Assembly: GCF_000143415.4 (NCBI RefSeq)
Contig: NW_003314331.1
Location: 666,114-730,113, forward strand
From: Selaginella moellendorffii
Lineage: Eukaryota; Plantae; Lycopodiophyta
Length of the DNA: 64,000 bases
Reading direction: 5' to 3'
The notes under the pieces are model-generated. The model ran no database searches. It was not told the origin of the DNA and saw nothing but the letters and a program-made list of their open reading frames with translations. The translations under genes and the position numbers were made by a program. Numbering within the stretch: the stretch's first letter is position 1; the number at the start of each line of letters is the position of its first letter. Below are positions 37,801 to 51,100 of this stretch, piece by piece.

Positions 37801-38531
37801 TCAGCAGGCTCGAACTGTGTCACAGCCATGTTTCTCTTCTCGTCACCAACACTGTACGAGCTGCGATAGAAACCTTTCATCTGATCGTTCAAGGTTCCTT
37901 CGAAGCTCATGGACAACGTTCCCTGTCCAACGGGTAAGGCTTCCTTGAATTTCATAACCAGGATCTCATGGTCGGTTACTAGATCAAGCGTTGCCGGTTT
38001 CAACACCTGAAAGGCAACGAGAAACCCAGTCAAAACCACGAACAAAATCGAAAAGAAAGAACCAAGGAACCAAACGATAATCATACACATCGTCGAGGTT
38101 TCAAGGTCCAAGCGATCGAAAACAAGAAGCCAGGCCAGAAGTTTATTCTTGTAAGAAATACAAGGCACAAGACAAGCCACCAGAGCTGGACGGGGGTTTA
38201 ACCACCATCACCATCCTCATAGTACCTGACTGGAACCAGTTGGCCGGAACGAGACCGATCCATCGCGAACCTTCAAATCGGCAGCATTGATGATGATCTC
38301 GTCCACACCCTCCACAACCTCCACATCCACCGAGAGATCCCCATCAAAGACGCACGCCTGGAGGTCGGGCTTGAGGCGGAGATTGTAGTGACGAGGAAGA
38401 ACACTCGTTGGGAGCCTGGGAGACCCCTTGACAGCACCACCACTTTCGTCGTTATCCCTCATTCTAGCGAAGAAGATCGCGGTTGCGAGCACCAGAGCCG
38501 CAGACGCAGCGGCAGCGAATCTAAATGCCAT
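34832..38531 (-). CDS. APM1: Aminopeptidase M1 (puromycin-sensitive type), multi-exon
   Basis: KG.PRLP...[58 protein letters not shown] and ISYKKG; C-terminus ...[11 protein letters not shown]. Alternative start at 38462. Confidence 0.93.
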
Positions 38532-38914
38532 GCATACACACACTATTAGCAAGAAATCTCGAAAGCTAATCGAAGGCACAGGAAGCAAAAGAACCTCAAA
38601 AGCCGCGGCGGCGTGACAAAATCGAGATTTCCCGATCAGTGGACAAGCCTCACCGCGAAATGCAAGAACTTGACGCACAGGCAGGTACAGATGATGAAGA
38701 ACATTGAGTAGAAGAGACGAAGAGACATCGCTCCCGAGAAAGATTTCCAGAATTTCACCCAGAGACCACAGGGAAACAGCAGAGACGACGAAGAGCAAGA
38801 CGATCTAGCAGAATCCTAGCTTACACGGCAACGGGCAAGCTCCGCACGGATCAATCCAGCCAAGACCTAGGAGAAAACCCGCAAGAACCCTAAATCCCTC
38901 GTTAGCTGTTACCC

Positions 38915-38970
38915 GTTTATATATACGCCGGCCGGTGACACGTGGATGGCATCCACTGCTACACGTGGCA
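38915..38970. promoter_or_regulatory. TATA-like box and two G-box/ABRE elements between the divergent APM1 and methyltransferase genes
   Basis: TATATA at ~38918, GACACGTGG at ~38937 and TACACGTGGC at ~38960. Confidence 0.4.
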
Positions 38971-39290
38971 GGGCCTCGTTTGTGGATAAACTCCATGGTT
39001 GTTCGAAATGCTGCCACTGGTGCCTGGGAATAGAAAGCGCGCATTAAAAGTTATCGGTTTGAGATTCCCGCGCTCACTCAAAGCTTAAGATAGAGGGAGG
39101 CGATAGATAGGGTTGAGAAAATTCTTCCATAAATCCCGAAGAACCGGGAGCGATCGATCGATCTACTGCTGCAACTGGCAGGTAAGAAAATCTCGTCAAA
39201 GATCGGTACGTTTATTAAATTCTATACCCTTCGTTTGGTAGCTGCTTGCCTTGCCGGTTTGCTTGCTCCAATCGATTGAGTAGCGCGGCT

Positions 39291-40963
39291 ATGGCGCCGA
39301 ATGCTCGATCGAGCAAGGGATTTCTCTATGAATCTGTGTTGAGGGCGGGGTTGTCCGCCATGGAGGCCAATCTCGTGCCCGACTTTGTGCTGCGCAGGGT
39401 GACGAGAATGCTGCTCGCGTCGCGCTTGCGGGAATTGCGACGGCATAGCGTAGAGGAGGAGTTAGACGAGCTCATGAATTTCGCCAAGTGTACGTAACTT
39501 TTTTTTTTTCTTTGTTTATTTTTTCGAAATTTCAAGCTCGGTGGTTTCTTCGCATTTTTGTTCTTTCTTGAGCTTCTAGGAGTTCTAAAAGTTTTTTCTT
39601 GCAGCTCTCAAACAGATGCCAATCGCCATCCACACCGACGCTGCGAATTCTCAGCACTATCAAGTTCCCACCGAGTTTTACAAGCTAGTGCTTGGAAAGC
39701 ACCTCAAATACAGGTTGAGATTTTTGTCTTTGTTTTTTCTTTCTTCCTTGTTCTTTTCAGTCATGACAAGTTTTCTTTCGGTTTTAGCTGCGCGTACTTT
39801 TGCGAAGATTCGTACACGCTCGATCAAGCTGAGGAGGGCATGTTGGAGCTTTACTGTGAAAGAGCACAACTTAAGGACGGGCAAGTGGTGTTGGACCTTG
39901 GATGTGGATGGGGATCGCTATCCTTATACATCGCTGAAAAATATCCTGCCAGTCGAATCACCAGCGTTTCGAATTCTGCGACACAGAGAGAGTTCATTGA
40001 AGGAGAATGCAGGTAAGTGAAAGCAAACCTTGTGACTTTCGTGTAACTCTCCCTTATCTCAAAACAGCAAGCGAGGACTGTCTAACGTGAAGGTTATCGT
40101 TTCGGATATAAACGACTTCCAGGCGCCAGAGAAATTCGACCGGATCCTCTCGATAGAAATGTTTGAGGTCTGACACTTTAACTCCTTATGCTACTTTTCT
40201 CTGACGTTTCTCCTCTGTCTGTATGGATCAGCACATGAAGAATTATCAAAAGCTTCTCAAAAACATCGCATCATGGATGAAGCCAGATTGTCTTCTCTTC
40301 GTTCACATTTTTTGCCACAAGAACCACGCTTACCATTTCGAGGTAGAAACACTGTTTTGTTTTCTTCTTTGAATTATTTCTAACGTCATTCAAATGAAGG
40401 ACACTGGAGACGACGACTGGATGGCAAGGTCCTTCTTCACAGGTGGAACCATGCCCGCAGATCCATTGCTCCTTTACTTTCAAGTAAAACAAAAGCAAAA
40501 GCTCTCGCATTTGCAAAAACAGTCTCCAAAACTCAATTCTTCTGTCTTCCATGTTTTGCTACTCCAGGAGGATGTCTCGATTCTACATCATTGGCGCCTC
40601 AGCGGAACTCATTATGCTCGAACCAGGCACGGTTTTCTCGCTCTCCTTTCCTTTTACTTTTCCTCTCCTGCGTGTTTTATGTTCTCATAGCTACCTCCAA
40701 GGAAGCTACTAACTTCGAGCTCTCACTCATTCCAATGCAGTGAGGCCTGGCTAAAGCGAATGGACCAGAACCTGAGCTCGATTCGCCCCATCTTTGCTAA
40801 AGCCTATGGCGAAAGCGACGCCACCACTAAGTGGCTCGCCTTCTGGAGAACATTCTTCATAGCAGTAGCGGAGCTGTTTGCCTTCGACAATGGCCAACAA
40901 TGGATCGTCTCGCACTACCTTTACAAGCTCAAGGCCAGCGACATGGACGCCAATGCTACATGA
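39291..40963 (+). CDS. SAM-dependent methyltransferase, coclaurine N-methyltransferase-like / CFA-synthase family
   Basis: QHYQVPTEFYKLVLGKHLKYS, VLDLGCGWGS, SVSNSATQ, FDRILSIEMFE/HMKNY, FFTGGTMP and WRTFFIAVAELF; multi-exon. Confidence 0.9.
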
Positions 40964-41733
40964 TATCAAAGAATCACGGCAATCAGGTGCGTACCACTGC
41001 TGATCATACTAGTTTTTCTTTTTTCCTCTTTTTTTTTGCGTAGATTCTCCCAAGGTGCAGGCACCAATATCTCTCTTTTTCGTGGTTTCTTTAGTTCGTC
41101 CATCGCTCAGGCTGGCTACAAGGTCCCTTTAAATTTTCTTCCATTCGGTCAGGTATCAACTCTAAAGGCAACGATCGGCTCTTTGTTTACCACTATATTA
41201 AATATTTTTCTATTCGTTTCGTCGCAGGAGCTACGACATTGTGATGTCATTCGCGATCCAACGGTGCCCGCCCAAATAGAAAATAACAAGCAAAACATAA
41301 GCTTCCACAGCCCAAATAGAAAACAACAAACAAAAACGTAAGCTTCCACACACCCCCGCACTGTGCATGTGAAGCTCATGGTTTTAATAAACTAATCACC
41401 ACTCCATCATTGAAGGAACCATGGTCTGATATAATGGAAGGGACAATGAATACCCTTCGGGTTCTATAGTCGAATATCCAAAGATCTTCGAAGTCTTCAT
41501 GTTTTCTTAGAACTTGGCTGTACAGAGAAACCGAGCCTGGAGATCTTCCGTACGGACGCGAGATCTTCCAGTTTTTCTTTCCTTGTTTTTCCTTTTCCGC
41601 CAGCATCATGAAACATGAATTACGGGGAAAAAGAAATCGCGCCAACGAACGAAAGAAGTTTTCTTCAAAGAGTTTTTGTTTTTCCCTCTGCTTTTCACCT
41701 GGCCGTAATGGAAGAGGTGGCGGCGAAGAAGAT

Positions 41734-43807
41734 TTACCTCGCGATTCCGATTCCTCCTCCGCCTCCTCCCAATCCCCAGCACTCCGAAAGCTCTCCAGAC
41801 GACTGCCGATCAATCAGCAGGCCCTCATCATCTTCCAGAAGAGCATCAACCTGGAACAAAATCCGCCACACCCAAGTTTCAGTCCAACACGGAAGGAAGG
41901 CGAGGAAGCCCGTTCCTAGGAATAAAGTTTCCAAAAGCGGGGAACAAAGATAAAACAAAAAGAAGCAAACATGAACACTTGGATTCTCTCCCTCTCAGAG
42001 CTGGGAGCTTTAGAACTTTAGAGAGGAAGAAAAAGAGAAGAAAAAGAGAGCTTGGAATGGAATTGGAATTGCTTACCTCATCTTCATATTCGCCGCCAGC
42101 TCTCATCTTGCTTGCCCTGGCTGAGCCCGACGCCCCCGACGACGCGACGGATGAATCAACCACGTCTTCGTTTTTGGCAAACCGGCCGCGGACACGAGGG
42201 CGGCTGTCCGCAAGCGTCTTTCGGCACGCATACTGCCACAGTGAAGACAAACCACGTATTAAATATCGAGGCCCGGCAGCACGAAAGCGAGCGAATTATG
42301 CGTGAATGGAAACTCCACTGACCTTGATTTTCTTGTTAAAGTTCCGCTCGGATCGCTTCTGGCGGTATCTGTGAATCCGCTCCCTGCGCTCGGCGAGACT
42401 GTATCGTCCAATTTTAAAACCGCATTCGTCCTGGCCTTCGGATTGCAAGGAAGTGTTCATTCTCTGATGCAGGAGGAAGCAGTCGCATTAGCCACCTAGC
42501 CTATTTTAACTCGGCAAAGTAAGGACAGACGACGAAAGAAAACGAAAGAGCATACGGAAAGACGATGCAATATTATATGTCCACATAATCAGCAGAGAAT
42601 CAGGCCGATAAAGACACCCATCAGACGAAAAAGAATGCGAAATGCAGCATCACAGTGCAAGGACTGTTTGAAAAAACTTTTCTAGATTGGCCTGCTAAGT
42701 TAAAATCACTCGAAAGCTGCAACGAGCAAACAGAAAAACAAGCAACAAAAGAAGAAGAAAAAAAAAACGAGAAACAAAAGCCCAAGAGACTGGTAATGAA
42801 AATTTCGTACCTGGATGTCACCGGTGCTGCAAACTCTCCTCATGCTGTTACTGCAAGGCGAGAAGCAGCCGGAGCTGGGGCTCCTCCTCATCACATCGAT
42901 CTCAATTCCATCCCCTTCCTTGACTTCGAGGAGCTGCGAAAGAGATGGAACAATGGAGCCCGAGCAAGCGTGGAGGCCTTGCATGGTCGAGTCCAAAGCG
43001 GAAGTTCCATTAGTCGCTGCGCCTGGCGTCGCTGAGGAAATCTAGAACAAAGAAGAAAGAAAAAAGTCTCGTGAGCAAAGGAAAGCTATATCGTGAAAGA
43101 TTTTACGCTGGGAAGTTGTCCAAGAGCGTGGCTGCTATAGCTCCTTTGCATCACATAAGGCCGCCTGGAAACGTCGCCGCCATGGCCGCCAATTCCCCCA
43201 TAGACGAGAGAGCCCCCCAATGGCGACTCGTAGAGGCCGGCTTTGCCACTTCCACTGTTCCTGAGGATGCCATCCTTGGAATCCACCACCACCGGAGGCA
43301 ATTCCTTGCCAATCTGATGCTGCTTCTTGGGCGAGGCCAGCGGCGACGAGGAGATCCTCTTGTTGGAGAGCGGCGTCGCCGCAATCAGCTGGTCCAGCGA
43401 GAGCGAATTGAGCTCCTCGGAGACGGCAGAGAAGGAAGGCTTCCGGGTGGGCGATGAGGAGGAGATTGCCTGCTTACTCTCGTCTTGGATGTGGGCGCCA
43501 TTGTAATGCTGTGGCAACGCGCCCAGGATGTCGGTGCCTTGGAAATTTGTGCCCGCAATGCCGTCAAGATCGTTGTCGAGATCGTTCTCCTGCGAGCAAG
43601 CCGGCACAGAGATCGTCAAGAACGGGGAGGAAGAAAGAGGGCATGCATGCACGAAGAAGCCTAGACTAAAAATCCGAAAGGATTTCCTACCAGGAAGACG
43701 AGATCGTCCAATTCGATCATGGAGTGATTGTTGTCTAAAAATGTGAGCGGCTCCAGCGCGTACTGGCTGCTTAGCATCGACAATTCGCTTTCGGTCATTG
43801 CAGCCAT
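41734..43807 (-). CDS. CCT-motif family protein (no B-box seen)
   Basis: MQRSYSSH, MRRVCSTGD, IGRYSLAERRERIHRYRQKRSERNFNKKIK/YACRKTLADSRPRVRGRFAKNE. First and last exons are inferred. Confidence 0.85.
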
Positions 43808-44625
43808 GGCGCTCAATGGAGAGAACTAACAAAGAGGAGAAGGAAAAGATTCAAGGAAGGATTCTAGAGAGGAGAAAGAAAGAAGAGGCCAGAGAAAGCT
43901 TTTCAGCGATTGAATCGATTCAACAAAGACGAGCTCTTGGCGAGAATTTGCTATCCCGCTGCTCCATTCTCGTCGAATTCCGGATTCTAGCTAGGGCTGA
44001 ATGATCCATGCACAAGGCCGCGCCGGCAATCCACGAAATCTGGAGCACGTCGAGAATTCCAGCGCCTAGAGGAAGGATTCGTGGAATGCAGGCGATTGGA
44101 ATTCACGAAGAACCCTAAGAGCAAGAGCGCTGGCACATTGAGAGAGATATATTGTCGCTGGCTATATTGTAGGAGAGCTGGCTGTATTTGGCTAGAGGAG
44201 GTTTTGGAGGGAGTTTTAGCGGAAAGTTGCCACGTGTGCGGCTGGCCAATCTGGCGGACAGCTTGGCAAGGCTAGGTTATCTATCTCTCCCATGCATTTG
44301 GCCAGATTACAAGGACTCTTCGTATTCTAGGGTTCTTGGGCTCTAGAGTGGAGGACAATCTAGCGCTACCGAGCTAGAGTTTGCCGAGCTAGCCGAGGTA
44401 AGAGAGCTCTAAGATCTCCTTTGCTAGAGCAATTCCGTACGCAAGTTTTTTCTCTGAGTAATTTCTTGGATGACAATGGGCTTGGATCTCTAGTGGCCGC
44501 ATTTTCACGAATGAGAGGTAAATCGCTATATAATCTCCCCCTGCTGATAGATTTCTCTTGCAGGGCGTGAGTTTCTTTTGAGCAGGAACTTCGAAGGAAT
44601 ACAAAAGAAGAAAAATTCTTTGCGA

Positions 44626-46629
44626 TCAACAGAGAAGCCGCCTAGTTCTCCTGGAAGACATGTCCGACCTCATCCTCTTGCAAAGCTTCTCCAGCTCCGA
44701 CACCTTGGCCTGCATCTTGTTGATATCCGACTTGAGCTCTTCGTTTTGGCGGATGATCAGTCCAAACTCGGGCGATGGCTGATCGACAGCGCTAGGAGCG
44801 GCGGAAGGATGATTCACCGCAGGTACTGGTGCTTCTTTGTATCTCGAGCTGTCACTCACTCTCAGTCCTTCCTTGAAGAAGCAGTGATCGATGGTGTCTC
44901 TGAGCTTGGCTTGCTGGAGAAGAAGAATCTGGAGTGCCAGTCGTGCTGGGAACCGTGGGTTTTGCGCAGCATGCTTGCATCCCTCGAACGACAGCTTCTG
45001 GTAATTCACCACCTTGCAAAGTTCCATGGTTTCGGACTCCGAGACTGCTGGATGTGCCTGATCCATGCAACAAACGTTCCATGGATGAGCGAGCTTTTAG
45101 TTGCAAAGTCTCTTCTTCTAACGTGAGTTTGCAACAGGAAAGAAGAACACTTACCTGCAGATACAAATCCAAAGCTCGGTAGAGCCCGTCGTGCATGAGC
45201 CTGGCCGAGTCCGGCAGTGCTTTGGCCACTGACTTGAACTTGAAAGGCTTAAGCTGTGGATCCGCTGCGATCTCCACCAGGTATTTATCAATCAGATCCG
45301 CAACTTTTGTCAGCGAGTGCTCGAACTTTGTCAGGGCCCTACGGAAGGACGTTCCTGACGGTGGCTGAGAAGCCATGATGGGACCGTTGATTGGAGTTGG
45401 GAAAGTCATCTCCGAGAAGATGTCTTGATCGCTCAGGAACCTGTCAATCAGCCTCAGGACGAGATCAACGTCGTAGAGAGAGCCACTTCCAGTCGGCCGC
45501 AGTGGAATGACGATGTCGTCCAGGGAAGCTTTGTCCAGCTGGTGGCCGATCATCTTCTCCAGCTGCTTCCGGCACGAACGTCCCGAGTTGAGAGCCGAAG
45601 TAACTCGTAGCAATCCAAACAGAGAAGAGCAGGGAGCCGAGCCGTGATCTAAGTGTCCCAGCAGTGCGATGACCGTCTCCAGAAGCTCACGCTGGACCTT
45701 TTGCGTGTACTTTTGGAGGATGTGCTCGTCCCTGGTGGTGGAAGCGGTCGACCTCTGGTGGTGGGAATGGTAGCCGAGCGTTGGGAGCGCGGTCTGGACG
45801 TAGTGAACCAAGAACCTGGCCAGGATCCGGTTGTCCATGTTGTTGGAGATCATCGCCTTGACAATTCTCTCCATGAGATACATGGAGAGCGAGCAGACGT
45901 CGTCGAACCACCAAGTTCTCGAGAGGCGTTTGTTGTTGGCGCTGCTGCTCTGGTTTGAAGATGAATCCGGAGAGGTGGAGCTCGTCGGACTCTGGCAAGT
46001 GGAGCTGATGGTGGAGGCTTTCCAGGCCAGGGACTCGACGCACCTGTGGACGATGTGCGTCTTCTCCGCGTAAGGCAGCACGGGCTCGCAGCTCCGGAGG
46101 ATGAGCAGCACCTCGTTCCAGCTCCAGAACACCAAATTCTGTAAGAAGTTCTCGGTTTCTTTGATCAGATTCCTGGGACTAAACTCCTCTGTCATTTCCA
46201 TGTACTCGGCGATGCAGCGGAGGAGAGAGACGTTGGCAGCCGTGATGTGGAAGCCTCCACCGCGTGGAGATCCGCTCGAGTGCCAGTAGCAAAACCGAGC
46301 TGCGAGCTCGAAAGCCTGCGGGCCTCCTGGAAGATCGTGAAAGGCAACACGCAAGGCATTGACGCGACAAGCTGTGAGAATCGTTGTTCCTCGGATGATC
46401 TTGGCGAGGCGTCCACATCTATTGACCAGAGGATCCTAGAGCAAAGAGAGATCAAAGTAAGTCAAAGTTTTCTATCGCTCGTTTGTTCACGCTAGGATGT
46501 TTGATGGATTCTATCTAACTGGTGTCTACTCACTTGTGCCAGGACGAAAGTGTGCTCTCCGTTCACTTCGACCTCCAGGAGCCTGTGCATTGGATCTTCG
46601 AGGAAGAGCTCCTGCTGCTTGTTCTTCAT
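44626..46629 (-). CDS. BTB/POZ-NPH3 family protein
   Basis: LEVEVNGEHTF, DLPGGPQAFELAARFCY, WWFDD, LYDVDLVLR, HDGLYRALDLYLQ/AHP, KLSFEGCKHAAQNPRFP and a C-terminal coiled coil. Confidence 0.92.
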
Positions 46630-46863
46630 CGTCCCCGTGTCGCCCTCTACCTCGATCGATCCATCCCAGCTCGCTGCCGTTGTTGCTAGCTTCTTAAATC
46701 TCCAGCGAGTTCCCGGAGGAAATCAAGGGGAGGGACGAGAAAACGGTGGAGCAAATCGTGTTGCGTAAAATCGATCTCCTTTGGGAAGTTTCAAACACTA
46801 GTTGGTGGGAAAAATATTATTAAACCGAACTTAACAAAAGGTTACTTAAAGCCAGAAATTATT

Positions 46864-46935
46864 TGCTCTCAGTGAGGATCGAACTCACGACCTTTCGCTT
46901 ACGAAGCGAACGCACTACCACTATGCTATGAAAGC
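46864..46935 (-). tRNA. trnT-CGU: tRNA-Thr (anticodon CGT)
   Basis: Reverse complement GCTTTCATAGCATAGTGGTAGTGCGTTCGCTTCGTAAGCGAAAGGTCGTGAGTTCGATCCTCACTGAGAGCA folds as a cloverleaf, with anticodon arm TTCGC-TTCGTAA-GCGAA and T-loop TTCGATC. Confidence 0.93.
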
Positions 46936-47023
46936 ATGACAATGCGTTACTTGTCCTTGATCTGCCAGCTAATCGAATGCTAAACCAGCTATTTATCATC
47001 GATTTTGGGGAAGAGCTTAGCCT

Positions 47024-48582
47024 ATGGCGATGGCGATCTCTCGATGCTGCTGCTCGTACAAGAAGGCGACGGTGATCGTTTGCATCTTCAATGTGGCCGC
47101 CGCGTTCTATGTCCTGGATGTGCTCCTCAGCTCCTCGTCGAGGTCTTCGTCCGGGATTCCATGGCGTAGGCGCCACGGTAAGCTCTCGGATCGTTGCTCT
47201 AGCCCCGACATTCTCGACTTGTCACTGAGATCGCCCGATTCTGGCGCCTGGACCGCATAATCCTGGGTCTGGGACGATATTTCGCATTCCGGTCGCGATT
47301 TTTGCCCGAATTCCTCGCGTGATTCGTGCCTGTCGATGCTTGATCCGTGAACCGAGAGTTTCGATTCTCTTTTTTTCTTTTGTTCCTCTCTTTCTTACGC
47401 GATCGCTTGTCTGCGTGGCAGTGCTGGGCTTCTCCGCGCAGGAGGCTCTTCGAATTCAAGAGGCGCACGAGATTCGCCGAAAGGTTGAGCCTCACGAGCT
47501 TATTGACAGGGTAACGTATGAGAACGAACGATTGCTTTCCTTTCTTCCTTTCTTGGCTACCCAGATTTTAATTCCGGTCTCTCTTTATCTTTGTAAAGGT
47601 GAAAGAGATCCAGCTTGAGTCGGATCAAGAGAGCAGCGGTCCCGGCGCTATCAGAAGGAAAGCCGCCATGGACATCGTCCAAAGATTGCGAGATATACAA
47701 TCAACAAACAATCAAACTGCCAGTCAAGGTGTGAAGCTCGACAAAAATAAAATAAGAAACTATGCTAGACAACTCAAGCTGGATTTGGCAGCTCTAAGTG
47801 AATGGCGGCGCAAGAGACTCGAAGCGGCTCGTGCGCGAGAGGCCAAGCAGCCTGCTGAGACTAATGCTACAAGTGACATGAATCAGGAGTTGGCACAAGG
47901 TAGGCACGAATTTCTAACTTCGTGTTCTCTCATTTTCTTTTCAATTTTAGAAGAGGTGTCCAAGCTGGTGGAGCTGGGTTGGCTACACACTCACACCGAA
48001 CCCCCGAGTTTACCAGTGTCCGACAGTGACACCGGCGAAATCCTTCCAACAGTCACTGGAGCCGAAGTTGGTAAGAGCAAAAACCGCAAAGCGAAGCGCT
48101 GTAGATCTCACGTTTTCTCCTCGGTTTTTTTTTTGTAGAGGACGGGATCATCCCTGGAAGGATTGTTCCACCCGAGTGTCACGCCGAGGCACACACGGAT
48201 TACGATGGTGTTGCTGTCCGGTGGGGACTGACTCATCATACGGAGAGCGCCGCCGATTGCTGTCAAGCGTGTTTCAACCAGGCCAAAGCCGCAAAGCCGG
48301 GCGAGATGAAGTGCAACGTTTGGGTGTTTTGCGCTGCCGAGAACGGCTGCTACTCGCCTGATATCTACGAGCACAAACACCAGGAATGCTGGCTCAAACA
48401 GGTAGCGATCAGCTTTTCTTTCTTGTTTTTTTTTTCCTTTCAATCGATCGCTCAAACGATTATCTTGACAGGCTGATGAACCAAAGCTAAACTTCAAGGG
48501 CCACTACCACGAAGAGTACAGGCAAACTCATCAAAACGCCCCGGTCGTAGTTCCCTGGGTCTCTGGAGTTATTCGCGAATGA
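47024..48582 (+). CDS. Membrane-anchored protein with C-terminal PAN/Apple-like Cys-rich domain
   Basis: N-terminal hydrophobic span ATVIVCIFNVAAAFYVL, then CHAEAHTDYDGVAVRWGLTHH.ESAADCCQAC...CNVWVFC...ECWLKQ...PWVSGV. Confidence 0.85.
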
Positions 48583-48792
48583 CCTCCAGGTTCTTTTATA
48601 CTTTTTCTTTTTTCTATACGATCCAGTGTACAGATTTTGGTAATTCTTCGTAGTACTATTCTTTAGTACTATTCTTTAGAACAATGTGCAAAGCTTAATT
48701 TTTTTTTCTTGTTTTTGCAAGATATACGCAAGCACCACTTACAAATGGCTGATGATTTACTGTACATTGTGTGAGAGCCTCGCTTCTTCGAC

Positions 48793-50553
48793 TTAGCTGG
48801 CACACGAGATCGCATCAGTCGGCTTGATCCTCGAGAACAACGCTGGCTCTAGCCCCAAGTCACGCACTGAAGAGGTCGCCTCCTCCACAGCCTTTTGGAG
48901 CTCAAACTTTCTCGAGCTTAGCTGCTGGCACAGCGAGCAAATCGCCTTCTTCTCTTCGCTCGAGACGCTCGAGACGCTCCCGTTGCAATTGGTGGAGAGC
49001 AAGCCCCGTGGAGCAGTGCCGCCCGAGCTCTCCTCTTGGATGGATATGACGTTCTTGCTCGGGTTCTCTGGCGAGCTCTCGGTTTTGGCTTTGCTATAAA
49101 CTTTGCCCGTTTTCTTCTTCTCCATCTGCCTGGGCATCACGTCAAACAGCCACTTCCCTCCGTTCCAGACGGCCACCGCGGCCTTGAAGAGCTCGAAGAG
49201 TACGTGCAAGCGGTACGACTTGAACATCGGTACCGTGAGCGCCATGGTTGCCACCGTGAACGCCGCTTGGATCGCCGCGTACATGACAACCCGGTTGCGT
49301 TCTCCCAGCAATCCACTGAGCCACCACCATATGTTGTTTGCTCTCGCGGCCTTTCGAGATAGCTCCCTGTCAAGATCATCTATATAACTTGAAAGAGATT
49401 AAAAGCTTGTGAAGTACCTGAAAGATGTCATGACTTCTGGATCTCTGAGCAGCCTTTGCTTGCGCAGCACGTTGACGATGAGGAGGTAGAGTGCTTGCCA
49501 GACGCTGTACGCGATGAGTGGGACGAAGAAGAGCCAAGTCCACAAGGCGCGGTTGTCGTGAACGAGTGGCCAAGCCGGCCAAGGCCCCGTTGCGTCCAAG
49601 GAATGGTGAGGATACGTAATTGGATCCCACCAGCGAATTATGAAGAACACGGTGCCTGCTCGTATAGTCGCAAGTTAGCTTGTTTCTGTGGAAAAAGAAG
49701 GAGAACACTGTGAAACTTGCCGGGAAGCAAATGAATTAGAACGCTGATGATCTTGTCAATAGAGCTGAACACCAGGCTACACCTCCATACAATCAATGCC
49801 CAAGCTAGGGGCCCCTGAAAAGATCGATGCAATGAACGTTCTTTGAAAACGAGCATGAAGTGAAAGACCACTTACTTCAGAGAAAGAAAAGCAGACCATG
49901 AAGAGCTTCTCGTTGTTTGGAAAGACGAGAAGCATAGCCATGAAGATAACATTCGCGTAGTAGCAGAAGTCCTGCAAATCCATGAACGAAGTTTTGTAAA
50001 CATGATTTACTCGAGCACCAAGAAGATTTACTCTACCAGAAGATAGTAGTGCCACTTCCTCGTTCTGTAGTAAATCCATCTCAGTGGAGCGATCCCAAGG
50101 AAGAACAGGCAGTACAGGTAGGGAATCTCGTGCGGCCCTGATCCACCAATCATGCCAAAGAGTTATATACTAAACTTTTTCTCCCAAAGAATAGGAACAC
50201 TCACTTGATCCCATCACGTAGCACACAGTGCCAAAGCAAAACACTCCAATACAGTAAGTCACCTAGAGGAATCAAACACGCAAACGCTTAAGTGTCGAAA
50301 ATTTTATTTCTTTCTATTTTCTTTTAAAGTAAAAAAAAAAAGCCAAACACGCACCTTATTGAGGAGCTGCTCGTGTTCATCAGCCCTCCTGGAAATTATA
50401 GAGGCTCGCTCGGACAAGAATCGCGCAGCGACCTGCATTACACAAAGCCTCTTCACAATCCGCGCGATCGCAGCACCGTGAGAATGGAAAACCTACCTCG
50501 GATCGCCTCGCCGCAGCCAATTTGGGAGAGCCGGCGTCGTCGTCGGGCGCCAT
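48793..50553 (-). CDS. GPC1: Glycerophosphocholine acyltransferase (GPCAT / DUF2838)
   Basis: [78 protein letters not shown] and WNGG. Confidence 0.9.
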
Positions 50554-51100
50554 TGCGCCGGCCGCGGCGATGAATCGAGAGCGCGCCAGCGAGCGAGCGG
50601 CGTTCAGCTCCCAGCGAGGCGCTCAGGAGATTCTCGCAGCAGCGATGGCGCCCAAGATCCAAGAACCCACACGGACAGCGCGAATGATGAAATCCAACGG
50701 CCACCAATGAAACCTATGGTTGTCGTGTTGATACAAGGATGGCATATTCGCGAGATCTACCTGCGGATATCCCTGTTTTGTGCTCATATACCTTTTTACT
50801 TCAAATTTAAAATTAAAGGACTCCTTTTGGCGGGGCCCTAGATATTTTGGCGGGAATGCTCTCTTTATACTTTAACCTTGTTTTTCATTTGATTAAGAGA
50901 CATCGCGAAGAGTTTGCCGAGATTCCAGCACCAGACAACAGCGTTTTTATCCATCTTCTCCAAGTCCTTTAGTTTAACACATTGAAATTTAGCAGGTCTC
51001 TCCAACAATGATGCGGCCATTGCTGAGGCTCTATCAGACTATTCACACCCCCAAATTGAGATCAATCATAGGTATAAGGTGCTAGTTGACTTGACAATAT

